This document shows positions 26,151-39,439 of a stretch of 64,000 nt of DNA, in pieces. This DNA comes from Haliotis rubra (taxonomy: Eukaryota): assembly GCF_003918875.1 (NCBI RefSeq), contig NW_025766792.1:620001-684000 (forward strand). Direction: 5' to 3'. The notes below the pieces were generated by a model, which was given only the letters and a program-made list of their open reading frames with translations, was not told the DNA's origin and did not search any database. The translations under genes and the position numbers were made by a program. Numbering within the stretch: the first letter of the stretch is position 1; every line of letters starts with the position of its first letter.

Positions 26151-26208
26151 GACAACCACACATTATCGGCAGAGTCACAGAGGATGACTCATGTGCCCCA
26201 GCATCCAC

Positions 26209-26295
26209 ATAGGATGAGGGTGGGTAGCGACATAGGATGAGGGTGGGTGGCGACATAGGATGAGGGTGGGTGGCGACATAGGATGAGGGTGGGTG
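26209..26295. repeat. 23-bp tandem repeat, about 4 copies
   Basis: Unit ataggatgagggtgggtggcgac. Confidence 0.85.
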
Positions 26296-26577
26296 GTTTG
26301 AGTGAGGGGTAAAGGAGTTTCCTACCAACTGTACAATTACAAAGTTAAAACACATTTCAGAAGAAAAACCAACCTCAGGTGCTTTTGTCTGAAAGCTTCC
26401 TTGAGACACAATCATAATTGGATTTTCATCATTTATTTAATTGTATATGGGATTTATTTAATTTTTATATATTTTAAAAGCTATCTGTGTCTGCACAGAA
26501 GTGTATTTTTTTAAATCTGCTGTGACGCATTTGAGGAGTGTTTAGATGAGATCTACAGTACTTGCAGCATCACTTAC

Positions 26578-26715
26578 ATCGACCCACAGCTGCGCCCACT
26601 CCTTGAAGTCAACGGCGAAGACGTGGCTGTCACAGTTAGGGTGGGTCAACTTGATCTCATATCCCTTTCGGTTCTCTTTCTCATGCAAAGCAGCCTCGTA
26701 CCCCGTTAGGTGCAC
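26578..26715 (-). CDS. AFAP1-like: AFAP1-like exon, PH1 domain C-terminal half
   Basis: gtgtttcag|GTG...GTC GAT|gtaagt; 138 nt, phase 0-0. VHLTGYEAALHEKENRKGYEIKLTHPNCDSHVFAVDFKEWAQLWVD includes the PH C-terminal helix Trp. Confidence 0.93.
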
Positions 26716-26718
26716 CTG

Positions 26719-29320
26719 AAACACAAAACACCCTTCTTCAACATTGATAACACAGAACACCCTTCTTCATCACCGACAACACAGAACACGCTCCTTCATC
26801 ACTGACTACACAGAACACCCTCCTTCATCATTGACAACACACAACACCCTCCTTCATCACTGACAATACACAACACCCTCCTTCATCACTGACAACACAC
26901 AACACCCTTCTTCATCACCAACTACACAGAACACCCTCCTTCATCATTGACAACACACAACACCCTCCTTCATCACTGACAATACACAACACCCTCCTTC
27001 ATCACCGACAACACACAACACCTTGACAACACACAACATCCTTCATCACTGACAACACAGAACACCCTCCTTTCATCACCGACAACACAGAACACCCTCC
27101 TTCATCACTGACAACACACAACACCCTCCTTCATCACTGACAACACACAACACCCTCCTTCATCACTGACAACACCCTCCTTCATCACTGACAACACACA
27201 ACACCCTCCTTCATCACTGACAACACACAACACCCTCCTTCATCACTGACAACACAGAACACCCTCCTTCATCACCGACAACACAGAACACCCTCCTTCA
27301 TCACTGACAACACACAACACCCTCCTTCATCACTGACAACACACAACACCCTCCTTCATCAGTGACAACACACAACACCCTCCTTCATTCACCCTCCTTC
27401 ATCACTGACAACACAGAACACCCTCCTTCATCACTGACAACACACAACACCCTTCTTCATCACCGACAACACAGAACACCCTCCTTCATCACTGACAACA
27501 CACAACACCCTCCTTCATCACTGACAACACACAACACCCTCCTTCATCAGTGACAACACACAACACCCTTCTTCATCACCGACAACACAGAACACCCTCC
27601 TTCATCACTGACAACACACAACACCCTTCTTCATCACTGACAACACAGAACACCCTCCTTCATCACTGACAACACACAACACCCTCCTTCATCACTGACA
27701 ACACACAACACCCTCCTTCATCACTGACAACACACAACACACAACACCCTCCTTCATCACTGACAACACACAACACCCTCCTTCATCACCGACAACACAG
27801 AACACCCTCCTTCATCACTGACAACACACAACACCCTTCTTCATCACTGACAACACAGAACACCCTCCTTCATCAGTGACAACACAGAACACCCTTCTTC
27901 ATCACTGACAACACACAACACCCTCCTTCATCACTGACAACACAGACACAACACCCTCCTTCATCACTGACAACACACAACACCCTCCTTCATCAGTGAC
28001 AACACACAACACCCTCTTCATCATTGACAACACAGAACACCCTCCTTCATCACTGACAACACAGAACACCCTCCTTCATCACTGACAACACACAACACCC
28101 TCCTTCATCAGTGACAACACACAACACCCTCCTTCATCACTGACAACACACAACACCCTCCTTCATCACTGACAACACACAACACCCTCCTTCATCACTG
28201 ACAACACACAACACCCTCCTTCATCACTGACAACACACAACACCCTCCTTCATCATTGACAATACACAACACCCTCCTTCATCACTGACAACACAGAACA
28301 CGCTCCTTCAACATTGACAACACACAACACCCTTCTTCATCACGGACAATACAGAACACGCTCCTTCAACATTGACAACACACAACACCCTCCTTCATCA
28401 GTGACAACACAGAACACCCTTCTTCATCATTGACAACACACAACACCCTCCTTCATCAGTGACAATACAGAACACCCTCCTTCATCAGTGACAACACACA
28501 ACACCCTCCTTCATCATTGACAACACACAACACCCTCCTTCATCAGTGACAACACACAACACCCTCCTTCATCAGTGACAACACACAACACCCTCCTTCA
28601 TCACTGACAATACAGAACACCCTTCTTCATCAGTGACAACACAGAACACGCTCCTTCAACACTGACAACACACAACACCCTCCTTCATCAGTGACAACAC
28701 AGAACACCCTTCTTCATCACCGACAACACAGAACACCCTCCTTCATCACTGACAACACACAACACCCTTCTTCATCACTGACAATACAGAACACCCTCCT
28801 CCATCAGTGACAACACACAACACCCTTCTTCATCATTGACAATACAGAACACCCTCCTTCATCAGTGACAATACAGAACACCCTCCTTCATCAGTGACAA
28901 CACACAACACCCTTCTTCATCACTGACAACACAGAACACCCTTCTTCATCACCGACAACACAGAACACCCTCCTTCATCACTGACAACACACAACACCCT
29001 TCTTCATCACTGACAATACAGAACACCCTCCTTCATCAGTGACAACACACAACACCCTTCTTCATCATTGACAATACAGAACACCCTCCTTCATCACTGA
29101 CAACACAGAACACCCTCCTTCATCACTGACAACACAGAACACCCTTCTTCATCAGTGACAACACAGAACACCCTCCTTCATCATTGACAACACAGAACAC
29201 GCTCCTTCATCACTGACAACACACAACACCCTCCTTCATCACTGACAACACACAACACCCTCCTTCATCAGTGACAACACACAACACCCTCCTTCATCAC
29301 TGACAACACACAACACCCTA
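26719..29320. repeat. 29-bp minisatellite, about 90 copies, filling the PH1 intron
   Basis: Unit caacacacaacaccctccttcatcactga. Confidence 0.95.
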
Positions 29321-29441
29321 CTGAACATGAATTAAATGTTTTTTCAGTTTGCCACAATCTGTTTCCAAAGATAAATGTGTTCAATTCACAAACTTCACAA
29401 CATCAAAGGTAAAGATGGCAACTAAAGACAGCTAAACCTAC

Positions 29442-29664
29442 CACAAGTTGTGGCTTGGTCTCCTTGTCAGGCTTGTAGCAAGCCATGTTGCCGTTGCTGA
29501 GGGCAACCAGCTTGCGTGTCCACGACAACTTGCCCTTGTACTGGAGGTCGCCTGACACAGCCATGTCCTCTAGCTTCTTGAAGGGGACATTTATCTCCCA
29601 GCTGGAGGACGACCGGGACTTGCTCAGTTTCTTCTTCAGCTTGTTGGACTTTTTCTTGGGACGT
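29442..29664 (-). CDS. AFAP1-like: AFAP1-like exon, PH1 domain N-terminal half
   Basis: ttccttcag|A CGT...CTT GTG|gtaggt; 223 nt, phase 2-0. SGDLQYKGKLSWTRKLVALSNGNMACYKPDKETKPQLV resembles AFAP1 PH1 ([27 protein letters not shown]). Confidence 0.92.
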
Positions 29665-29913
29665 CTGAAGGAAGAACATGTCCGTGAGTGAGGTATGATG
29701 CTGCTTTATAACGAGTGTCAGTTAATGTTGGAGGAAAGCCCATATGGACACAGATCTTACATGTTTAGAACTTTGCTGAAACCAGTGAGCAAGTTCAAAG
29801 TCTAATCAATAATCATTAGATCCTGGCATGCTCAAGGCAGACAACTCTACACTGCTTTAAGGAATCATATATATTTTGGTTTGTCTTAAACCAATGTCCA
29901 ATTGACAACTTAC

Positions 29914-30007
29914 TTTGGCAGCTTGATGTTGAGTTTGTTGAGGAGCTCCACGTCATGGTACTGGTTGTCCTCATCGTAGGACTCGTAGCTGGTGCTGTCT
30001 CCGCCGT
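29914..30007 (-). CDS. AFAP1-like: AFAP1-like exon containing the SYESYDE motif
   Basis: ttgttccag|AC...CCA AA|gtaagt; 94 nt, phase 1-2. DGGDSTSYESYDEDNQYHDV matches the AFAP-family SSSYESYDEE motif that precedes PH1. Confidence 0.92.
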
Positions 30008-30169
30008 CTGGAACAACACACAGTCAGACATGTAGACAAGCAACAACACACGTATTGAGAATCACATACACTCTCATAGCATCATCAATATATGAAACTC
30101 AAAATAATATACAATTGTTGACATCATTCCTTATAAGAGTCTGAGTGGGTCTTGTTTCTGCTCACAGAC

Positions 30170-30622
30170 ATTTTTCCATTACATCACAACAGTATTTCCA
30201 CAATATCACAATTTTTCCACAATATCCACATATTTCCCCAATATCACAACACATACATTATTTCCACAATATCACAGCAATATTTCCACAACATCACAAC
30301 AGTATTTCCACAATATCACAGCAATATTTCCACAATATCACAGCAATATTTCCACATCACAGCAATCACACAATACAAAACACTATTTCCACAATATTTC
30401 CACAATATCACAGCAATATTTCCACAACATCACAACAGTATTTCCACAATATCACAGCAATATTTCCACAATATCACAGCAATATTTCCACAACATCACA
30501 GCAATATTTCCACAATATCAAAACACTATTTCCACAATATCACAACAATATTTCCAAAATATCACAGCAATATTTCCACAATAACACAGCAATATTTCCA
30601 CAATATCACAGCAATATTTCCA
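30170..30622. repeat. 22-bp minisatellite
   Basis: Unit caatatttccacaatatcacag. Confidence 0.92.
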
Positions 30623-30987
30623 GATAAACCACAACTTCCCATTAGATATGAACCTATCAAACCAGTGGTTGAGGTCATGAACACCAGATTGATGACAGGA
30701 AGCAGGTAAACTGGAGACGAATCCTAACCTACATCCCCCAACATGACCTCAATGTACAGCAGTGCTGAGTGGCCATTTGTCTTTGTCCTCTCAAAGAACC
30801 ACAAACCAACAACCCCAAAATTAATGGCTACTGTTTCTTGTCTCCTGTTGTTTTTGTGGGTCAGTGAGCGCCCAATAAATTGTAAACGTCCAAAAGAACA
30901 AGAGTCTTTCATCAACAGAGACACCTTCCCATCCTGGCGAGGGTGAATCCTACATTGTGGATGTGTTTGCTAAAACACTGAGAGAAC

Positions 30988-31139
30988 TATACTGATGGAA
31001 ACAAATAAAGTAACACCACGTCATTGCAGTGTTCCTTTATTTATTCCCACAGCGTCATCAAAGCTGGTGATGAAGACAGGAAAATATAAAAGGATCACTT
31101 GAATTTTCCTGTGTTCCTTTATTTGTTTCTCTGAGTATA
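30988..31139. mobile_element. Small Tc1-type MITE remnant
   Basis: Inverted ends tatactgatggaaacaaataaagtaacac / gtgttcctttatttgtttctctgagtata. Confidence 0.55.
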
Positions 31140-33986
31140 AAACGGCTGTATTCATGAAGGAAACTACCGTAACTGAAAACAAGGTGGTTCCTCAACTTCT
31201 AAAGTTTAATCTTGTAACTCATCTACGTACTTCAGGATGCTTTAAGTTTGTGAAAGTCACAATAAAGATCAGATGAAACACCAGAATGTTGTTATGGTGA
31301 TGTATGGCGGTGAAACAAGACATTCTCCCTGTAACTAAAGTCATCATGGCTGCTGAACTGCTAAACATTGTATACTACAACAGATCAAGACTCCCTAACT
31401 CAAGTGAATCAAGCTGAAACGGTCTACTGGCCGAGCCAAGGTCTCTTTAAGCCAGACGAATGAATGCACCTCACAGAAGTTCAGCTATTACAGAAAGACA
31501 TATGGCATCTGGCCACACCGTACAAGTTCTTCCCACACGAGACAATGGCCTGTTATCTACAAGGACATAACTCCTGGCTAATACAAGCCTGGCTAATACA
31601 GCCCTGGGTAGGTAAATCATCCAGCTCTTCTACTCGAGATAAAGCATCACTGCTGCTGTCTCCCAGTAACTGTGAGAGATGTAACAATAAGTCACACTGG
31701 ATTCACCAGGGTTAAAGTCCTCTCTACAAACAGCAATATCCTAGCTGAAGCCTGGATGATGCAAACCAGTGGTCAATAGCATGAGCATCCATCTAGGCAG
31801 GTCATACACTGTGATCACCCGACGCCCGGGACAAGTCAGTTTTCATTTCAGGCAATCAAATAATGGTATCTTACTTGTCCGCGGGCTACTAGATAATCTC
31901 TGCTTACGGTTTCAAACTGCAAATAAACTTGGATTTCATTTCATATCTGCTCAAAATGTAGCTATTAAATTTTGCAATGATAATTAAGTAGAGTTATCCT
32001 TCTTTCCTATTTATGACTTCTCGATAAATAGTCCAGTGAACATTAACATCACACACCATGTTGATTTATTCTTTCATAATTACATCATCATTATTATGTC
32101 ATAAAAATCGGGGTAAGAGGAAAATTAGCCAGGACAAGTTACTTTCTTAAAGTTGGGGGAGCATTTCTGCCCTGGAAGCCTGAACTTCTCAGCAGGCAAT
32201 TAATATTCAAGAATTTAAAAATTAATATTCACAAGTTCATATCCCAAAGAATAAAAGTAGTTTGTTCATAAGGATGAGGTCAGTATTGCAATACTTCACA
32301 ACACAAACCTCTCCTAAAGTCACATCCGATATATTGTCAGGTTATGAAAATAATATGGAAAATGAAACACTGATGTATTTCTCCTCAACCATGACTCATA
32401 CAGCATATTACTGTAGGTAGGCCGTCCGGCAGATTCTGGCAAGCAGCGGAAATGGTCTACATGGTTCTGTCAGTTTCCATATGTGTGCTGCAGAATAAAC
32501 AGAAATGTGTCGACACCAATCAACTAGAGACTTTTAATGGAATCCAAACCATATGTTATCCCACCTCGTATCCCACGGATGACATTATCAGGTTTCATAC
32601 ACCCTCTGATGCAATCGTGGTCTGCTGAAGTCTCCACTCACTGCCAACTTCAACATGGTACCAGTCAGTGATGGGCATTATTCCCCAATCTGATCCCCCG
32701 AGCTGGGGCATAGATCATATGGGGCATAGATCATATGGGGCACAGATGAGCCAAGACTTTGTTCTCATGGGGATTCGAGGCCAGTTTGAGCCTTATGTAT
32801 CTCTGCTAATGGTGCATGTGCAGACCAAACCAAAACAGAAGAAAACAATAATTTAGCTTCAAGTTAAAGAAACAAAAGTGTTGTTTGTTTGTTGCTTGCA
32901 GCATAAACCTCAGCAATTCTTCATCTATATACCAGTGTAAACTATAGTCAAGACCAGACAATCCAGTGATTGATCTCATGAGCATCAATGTATGCAACAG
33001 GAAATTCACGACAAAAGTCAAATGTTCACTATGTATGATGGATATCATGAAAAAACATTTAGGTCGAAATAATATATATCATCAAGCTGACTGGAAAAAT
33101 TGAATGAAATGAAATAGTTATCAAAAATGATCCTGTCTCCAACAAAGATTGCTTGCTCATGTAGTCAGTCACTAGTTTAGATCATCCATACTTGATTATA
33201 TGAGCTGCAGCTTGTGGCTTAAAACAATATTCAATTGCTCACCCATAAGCAAAAACATACTTCTTATATATTGATATTTATTATTTTACCGAAATCATTT
33301 TTTCTCCCACAGAAAAAGTATCCAAGTGCAACAAAAAGTTCACTAGAAAATACTGGTACTGTAGTTCACTTCAAGGGATTTCAACAATTTAACCATTGAA
33401 TTTAAGTTAGGAGAGCTAAACAACGTCCACTTCCCAAAACACAGCACAGGATCATATTTCTGATAGTCAGTTAAAACTTGCCCCGTCCTGGGATTCCACT
33501 GACGAAGGTTTATCCATGATATATTTGGTTACATCTGAAATTAACCTTAAAAATATGTCTGAAGACGAGAAGAAACAAACTACGACTCAGACCTCTGCCA
33601 AAGGATCACTACAATGCATTACATCAGCAAATCCTGACAACCATGTAATTGCCGAATCGTGTTGTCCTTGGAACAGATATCTTTTGTGTCGACCAAGAAT
33701 TAACCTATGGTATTTTCTCCAACATTATCCAGATTGAAAAATGGCAACATTGCACACAAAGGCCGCTGGGCAATTAGACGACAGGAAAGATAAATATGAC
33801 AGACACAACTGACCATACTTCTCCGACTGGGTAAACGCCAATAAACATTTTGTGATTTTTCAGCATTATTGGGTAGCATCTTTTGAGTTATTTAGTAGAT
33901 AAATCACATAACATGGAGGCAAATATATCTGTAAGTGGAATCTACTTTCCCTGATGATTAAAGTAGTGCTTTCTGTTTGCTGCTTT

Positions 33987-34835
33987 CTCTACTATCCATG
34001 AAAGCTGGACTTTCTGTCAGAGTAAATTGGGTGTTTTTTTCACTATCCCTGAAAGCTGGACTGTCTGTCGGAGTAAATTGTTTTTTTCCCACTATCCATG
34101 AAAGCTGGACTGTCAGAGTAAATTGTTTTTTTCCCACTATCCATGAAAGCTGGACTGTCTGTCAGGGTAAATTGGGTTTTTTTCACTATCCATGAAAGCT
34201 GGACTGTCTGTCAGAGTAAATTGTTTTTTCCCCACTATCCATGAAAGCTAGACTGAAAGCTGGACTGTCTGCCAGGGTAAATTGTATTTTATTCACTATC
34301 CCTGAAAGCTGGACTGTCTGTCAGAGTAAATTGTTTTTTCCCCACTATCCATGAAAGCTAGACTGAAAGCTGGACTGTCTGCCAGGGTAAATTGTATTTT
34401 ATTCACTATCCCTGAAAGCTGGACTGTCTGTCAGAGTCAATTGTTTTTTTCCCACTATCCATGAAAGCTGGACTGTCTGTCGGAGTCAATTGTTTTTTTC
34501 CCACTATCCATGAAAGCTGGACTGTCTGTCAGGGTAAATTGGGTTTTTTTCACTATCCATGAAAGCTGGACTGTCTGTCGGAGTAAATTGTTTTTTTCCC
34601 ACTATCCATGAAAGCTAGACTGAAAGCTGGACTGTCTGTCATAGTAAATTGTTTTTTCCCCACTATCCATGAAAGCTGGACTGTCTGTCAGGGTAAATTG
34701 TTGTTTTTTCACTATCCACGAAAGCTGGACTGTCTGTCAGAGTAAATTGTTTTCCCACTATCCATGAAAGCTAGACTGAAAGCTGGACTGTCTGTCAGAG
34801 TAAATTGTTTTCCCACTATCCATGAAAGCTGGAGT
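33987..34835. repeat. ~50-bp minisatellite with variant units carrying a short internal duplication
   Basis: Unit cactatccatgaaagctggactgtctgtcagagtaaattgtttttttcc. Confidence 0.92.
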
Positions 34836-35593
34836 GTGTTTTCAGATGAAATTGCTTTTCATAGCTATTCATGAAAGTTGGACTGTCTGTTACCCTCATT
34901 AAATCTATCTATTCTCATGATTAGTGAAGACAGACCAGCTCAGATGAATGATAGCGAAAGACTTCCACTGACAAACACACTCAATTCAGTCCTGAGAATT
35001 AAACTGTAAGAGTAAACTAGTTAGACCATATGAATCCCTTCAGTAATCGTGAGGGCATATTTGTCAGAGCCAATGTACCTGTTGACCATCCATGAAAGCT
35101 AAGTCATCACAGCAAATCTCTCTCTCTCGAAATATGTCATCAATGATCTCCCAAATCACTAAAGTTCAAGTTGACAACAGCAGACATTTTGTCACAGTTA
35201 TACAACTCTGTGACAGGTCGTTACCTCAGGTAAATCATTCTATGTCTTGCTTCAGAGCACAAGATGTGCATACAACAAATACCTTGAGGCATCACCTGTG
35301 ATATCTGAAGCAGATTCTGTGGTAGTCATAGACCCTTATATGACCGCGAGAAGACACACCTAAATACACACTCTTCTGTATGAATGCAAAGCCGTAATGC
35401 TACAATTAATGAACCTGGTATTATTTCACATTTGACATCGTCTCCCTTGTCATTGAAATGATATTTCATGGAACAATGAATGCAGAATTTACAATCATGT
35501 ACAAAGCTTACGACTTCAGGTGGCCATACATCTCGATGTCAAAGACTAGCGTCACATGATATCTTCTGAAACCACATAACACTACACCTCGCA

Positions 35594-35953
35594 CAGCGTT
35601 CGAAATAGCTACTGGCCCGCTAGCCAGATGTTAGCTGATTGTGAATCGGGCCAGTAATATATTGTTAAAGCCATCATGACTGGCTAGCTGAAAATCTCAG
35701 ATAATTTGTTCTTTATTTGATGCAATATGAATATGATGAAGAAATCTTAGTTTTTGAGTTTCTTTGATTTATATTGTTTCCAAAAGGCGACAATAACTTA
35801 CCATCCTCAATTACCAAACACTACACCAATTCTGACTGACGTGCATTTTTATATTGATATTCTGCAGGGCCAGTGAAGTATGACGTGGGCTAGCAACAAG
35901 TTTGTTTAACTAGCCTCTGGGCAAGTTACTTTTCAAAATTAATTCATACACTG
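35594..35953. mobile_element. hAT-like MITE
   Basis: Perfect 8-bp TSD acctcgca at 35586-35593 and 35954-35961; imperfect CAG...CTG TIRs. Confidence 0.72.
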
Positions 35954-36299
35954 ACCTCGCACATTATAATGTAACAATAAGACTGGCAGGATATATTAGA
36001 GACGCTCTTCTAGAGTTAAAGGCATCAAAGAATGACATCCTCAGTGCACCAGGGAACATTATCTCCATTCAATCATCATATATACCTTGGACTCTTTCAC
36101 CACAATACCCATTCTAGAGCCTGGTTCAAATATTTGGGCATAAAATATTTTTACCAAAGTAAGACTGGTATGAGAGATATTAGTTGTTTTCATAGTTTTC
36201 AGGGCAATCCAGCAAAACCTCCCTGCTCATCTACCCAGGGATCAATACATTTTTTTATGAAAAATAACCTGGTTCCATTTATTGACAAACCTAAACATC

Positions 36300-36750
36300 T
36301 TCACCAGCTAAATGTATCACTTCAAGTCTTTGGATTTGTTCTACAAGCTAACTCACAGTTCTAGCAACGCATATGACATTAAGTTTCCTAATTTCACAAT
36401 CCCTTGAAATTGATAATCGATGCAATGTGCCCATTTTGTGGGGATGCCCTTGAAGACGAATACCATACCATATTAATATGCCCATTATACACACATCCAA
36501 GAGATAAGTATATACCACTATATCACCATAAGTATCCATCTAAACAAAAATTCATTCAATTACTGTCCAGCTACGATATTACTATTTTAATTTGTTTTTA
36601 GCAATTTATGTAACTTAAGTCTTTAATGTCCGTCATAATGCAAACGTTGCGCTTGTATAACAAACCACAATGTTTGAATTATTTATGTAATTGTACTCTA
36701 GGCCTCACAGGCCATCATCTACCAAATAAAGAGTCTGAGTCTGAGTCTGA
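36300..36750 (+). mobile_element. Non-LTR retrotransposon 3' fragment (RTE-X-like ORF2 C-terminal CCHC finger)
   Basis: CPFCGDALEDEYHTILICPLY..RDKYIP...PSKQKFIQLL, then AATAAA and a (GAGTCT)n tail. Confidence 0.7.
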
Positions 36751-37249
36751 GATTAATTAATTTTGCAATAAGATTTATGGACTTGTGCCTTTAAACACAG
36801 TGAGCAAAACAGGACTCGTAAGAATTCATTGAAGCTGAAAGGTCGGATTACAACCACAGCCTTCTTCATTTTTTATCTGCTACCTTCCTGGCAACTCATC
36901 CTATAAAAGACACCCCCTACACCGACCTTGATATCTCGCTATTCAGAGATCAACATAGTTGATGTGAAACTGAACACAATACTGCCAGTTTCATCCATCA
37001 AGTGTTTACTGAGACCAGGAGCAGAGGTGACATGTTTAGATACATAGTCACCCTGACAATACGTGGTACAATATCTGGATCTATTCTGATGTCAGCACAG
37101 GGAGGTACACACAAACATTGTCATCTTTGAACTCGTGAGTCATGGCTTTTGTTTGAAGGTCAGCGCTATCAGATATGCTTTTAAATTTGACCACTGTACT
37201 GACATGGGATGTCATACTACATATTGTAGTACCATAGGATATTAGGTTG

Positions 37250-37459
37250 TTTTGTTGGGTTGTTTAAGGCAGCACTCAGCAATATTCCAGCTATATGGCA
37301 GAATCAAACAATCCAGTGATCAACAGCATGAGCATCGATCTACTCAATCGGGAACCAATGACATGTGTCAACCAAGTCAGCGAGCCACACCACCCAGTCA
37401 GCCTCTACGACAAGCATGGGTTACTGAAGATCAATTCTAACCCGGATCTTCATGGGTAC
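37250..37459 (-). mobile_element. Family B with internal deletions
   Basis: Head and tail match. Confidence 0.8.
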
Positions 37460-37754
37460 ACAGGGCATTGGGAGGTCATCTTAACATCGTACCAGTTTTT
37501 ATAACTTGACAATGTTTAGGGTGTGGATTAGTCTAATTTTGTTGAGAACAGAATACGTATCGATGTACATTGCAGTAAAAGGTTAAGGTAATGATACTCT
37601 GTGTGGAATGACGAACCAAACGTCCCACAATGCCTCAAATGATGTTATGAATTCAGGGGCGGATACAGCTTTTTGAGAAAGGGGGCTGCACTCTTCATAT
37701 TCACGAGAGTTTCAATGGCCATCAAACCTGTGGATCTGCTTATGTAATTCGACA

Positions 37755-37860
37755 GGGGACACCAGAAATGGGCTTCACACATTGTACCAATGTGGGGAAT
37801 TCAACCCAGGTATTCAGCCTGACGAGCGAACGCTTTAACCATAGTGCTACCCCACCGCCC
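37755..37860 (-). mobile_element. SINE family A, partial
   Basis: Head and mid body. Confidence 0.8.
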
Positions 37861-39439
37861 AATAGATGACAGACAGTCCAACAGGAAAGTGGCAAACTGG
37901 TCATCATCCGGCTATTATATCACGATGTTAAAAGCTGGTACGTGTCCGTACCCTGCCTGGCAGTCACCATTAAGGGTACAAGGGTACTAGACAGTCCCCG
38001 CCAGCGTAGAGTCAAACAATGAGAGTGGGGTATCCAAGTTCAGTGACAGATCATTAAAGACGTATATCAGTTCCAAGAAAAGATCTGACACTGTGGGAAT
38101 CACACCTCCGACCAGTATCAGTGTAACTCAAGCTACTTCCTGGTCTCGTAAAACAGGCCACGGTGACCATCTTGATATTGTGTCAAATGGCGGACCATCA
38201 TACACCGTCACACCCCAGTGTGGGATTCTGGGTGAGTGAGTNNNNNNNNNNNNNNNNNNNNNNNNNNNNNNNNNNNNNNNNNNNNNNNNNNNNNNNNNNN
38301 NNNNNNNNNNNNNNNNNNNNNNNNNNNNNNNNNNNNNNNNNNNNNNNNNNNNNNNNNNNNNNNNNNNNNNNNNNNNNNNNNNNNNNNNNNNNNNNNNNNN
38401 NNNNNNNNNNNNNNNNNNNNNNNNNNNNNNNNNNNNNNNTAGCAATATTCCAGCAATATCACAGCGGGGGACACCAGAAATGGGCTTCACACATTGTACC
38501 CATGTGTCATGGTCATGAGTTTTTTTTAGTGGATTGGGTGGCCAGGGACTTCATTGACTGCACGTCACCCCGCCTTGAAAAGATTCCACACTGCCTATAA
38601 TATTTATAGTTGGCCATCATATAGAGTATTGCTCATGAGGTGTCAACAAACATAAATTCTCAGAAATCTGGCTATGACAACCATCTTGCAATTGCCGATA
38701 AAACTAAACATCACCCCCTTGTTCTGTGAATGTTTGAAAGTTTCGGGAAAACACCGAAGTGTCAATCCCTCTTTTTTCAACCAAGTGATTTCCGGTGAAT
38801 ACAAATTATACCGCTGTACTGCATGTATAATAGATATTATAACCGCCGACACAGTGGTAAGATGAGTCAGTGACAACGAAGATCCACTCATCCATGTTAA
38901 CTACGGCCATTACTCCTACCAACTCAACAACGACTGGTGTTTATTGGCAGTGATTGTGTTACAAGGAGTGGCCGCTTGTAACATGACACAGGATGAAGGT
39001 GCTTGTGTCGACACATGACACCAGGAGACAGTAGTTGTGTCGACACCAGCAGGTGTTTAAATTGACACCAACTTCTAACCCAACAGACAATAATCCAGAC
39101 ATCAATACTGACTTCCTCACCAACAGTTTCACACACAGTACATGATACAGGTGTCCAAATACATGGATGTATCGATACATCACACATGTACGCCTGACAA
39201 TACTACTGCATCACTCTATGTTCGTACTCTGTGTTGAATTTTTAAAAGTATTAATCACAATGACTCATCATCCCCTAGTGTGCTAGCTATATTATCATCT
39301 AAAGTGAAACGGGTCTGGATATTGTGTTCCAGATTAATGCATTCATGCATGGAAGCTTCACACGTCCCAACTAGTGCTGGTTTTACTGCTAGCACACAAC
39401 GATACTGTGCCTCAGTTTGGTCATGAATACCCCACCACA

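Noticed and set aside
26719-29320. CRISPR-like regular repeats (also 7221-8316 and 33987-34835)
   Set aside because: Head-to-tail units with no unique spacers, no cas genes, and a eukaryotic intronic context.
30145-30709. His/Gln/Ile-rich ORFs
   Set aside because: 22-bp minisatellite.
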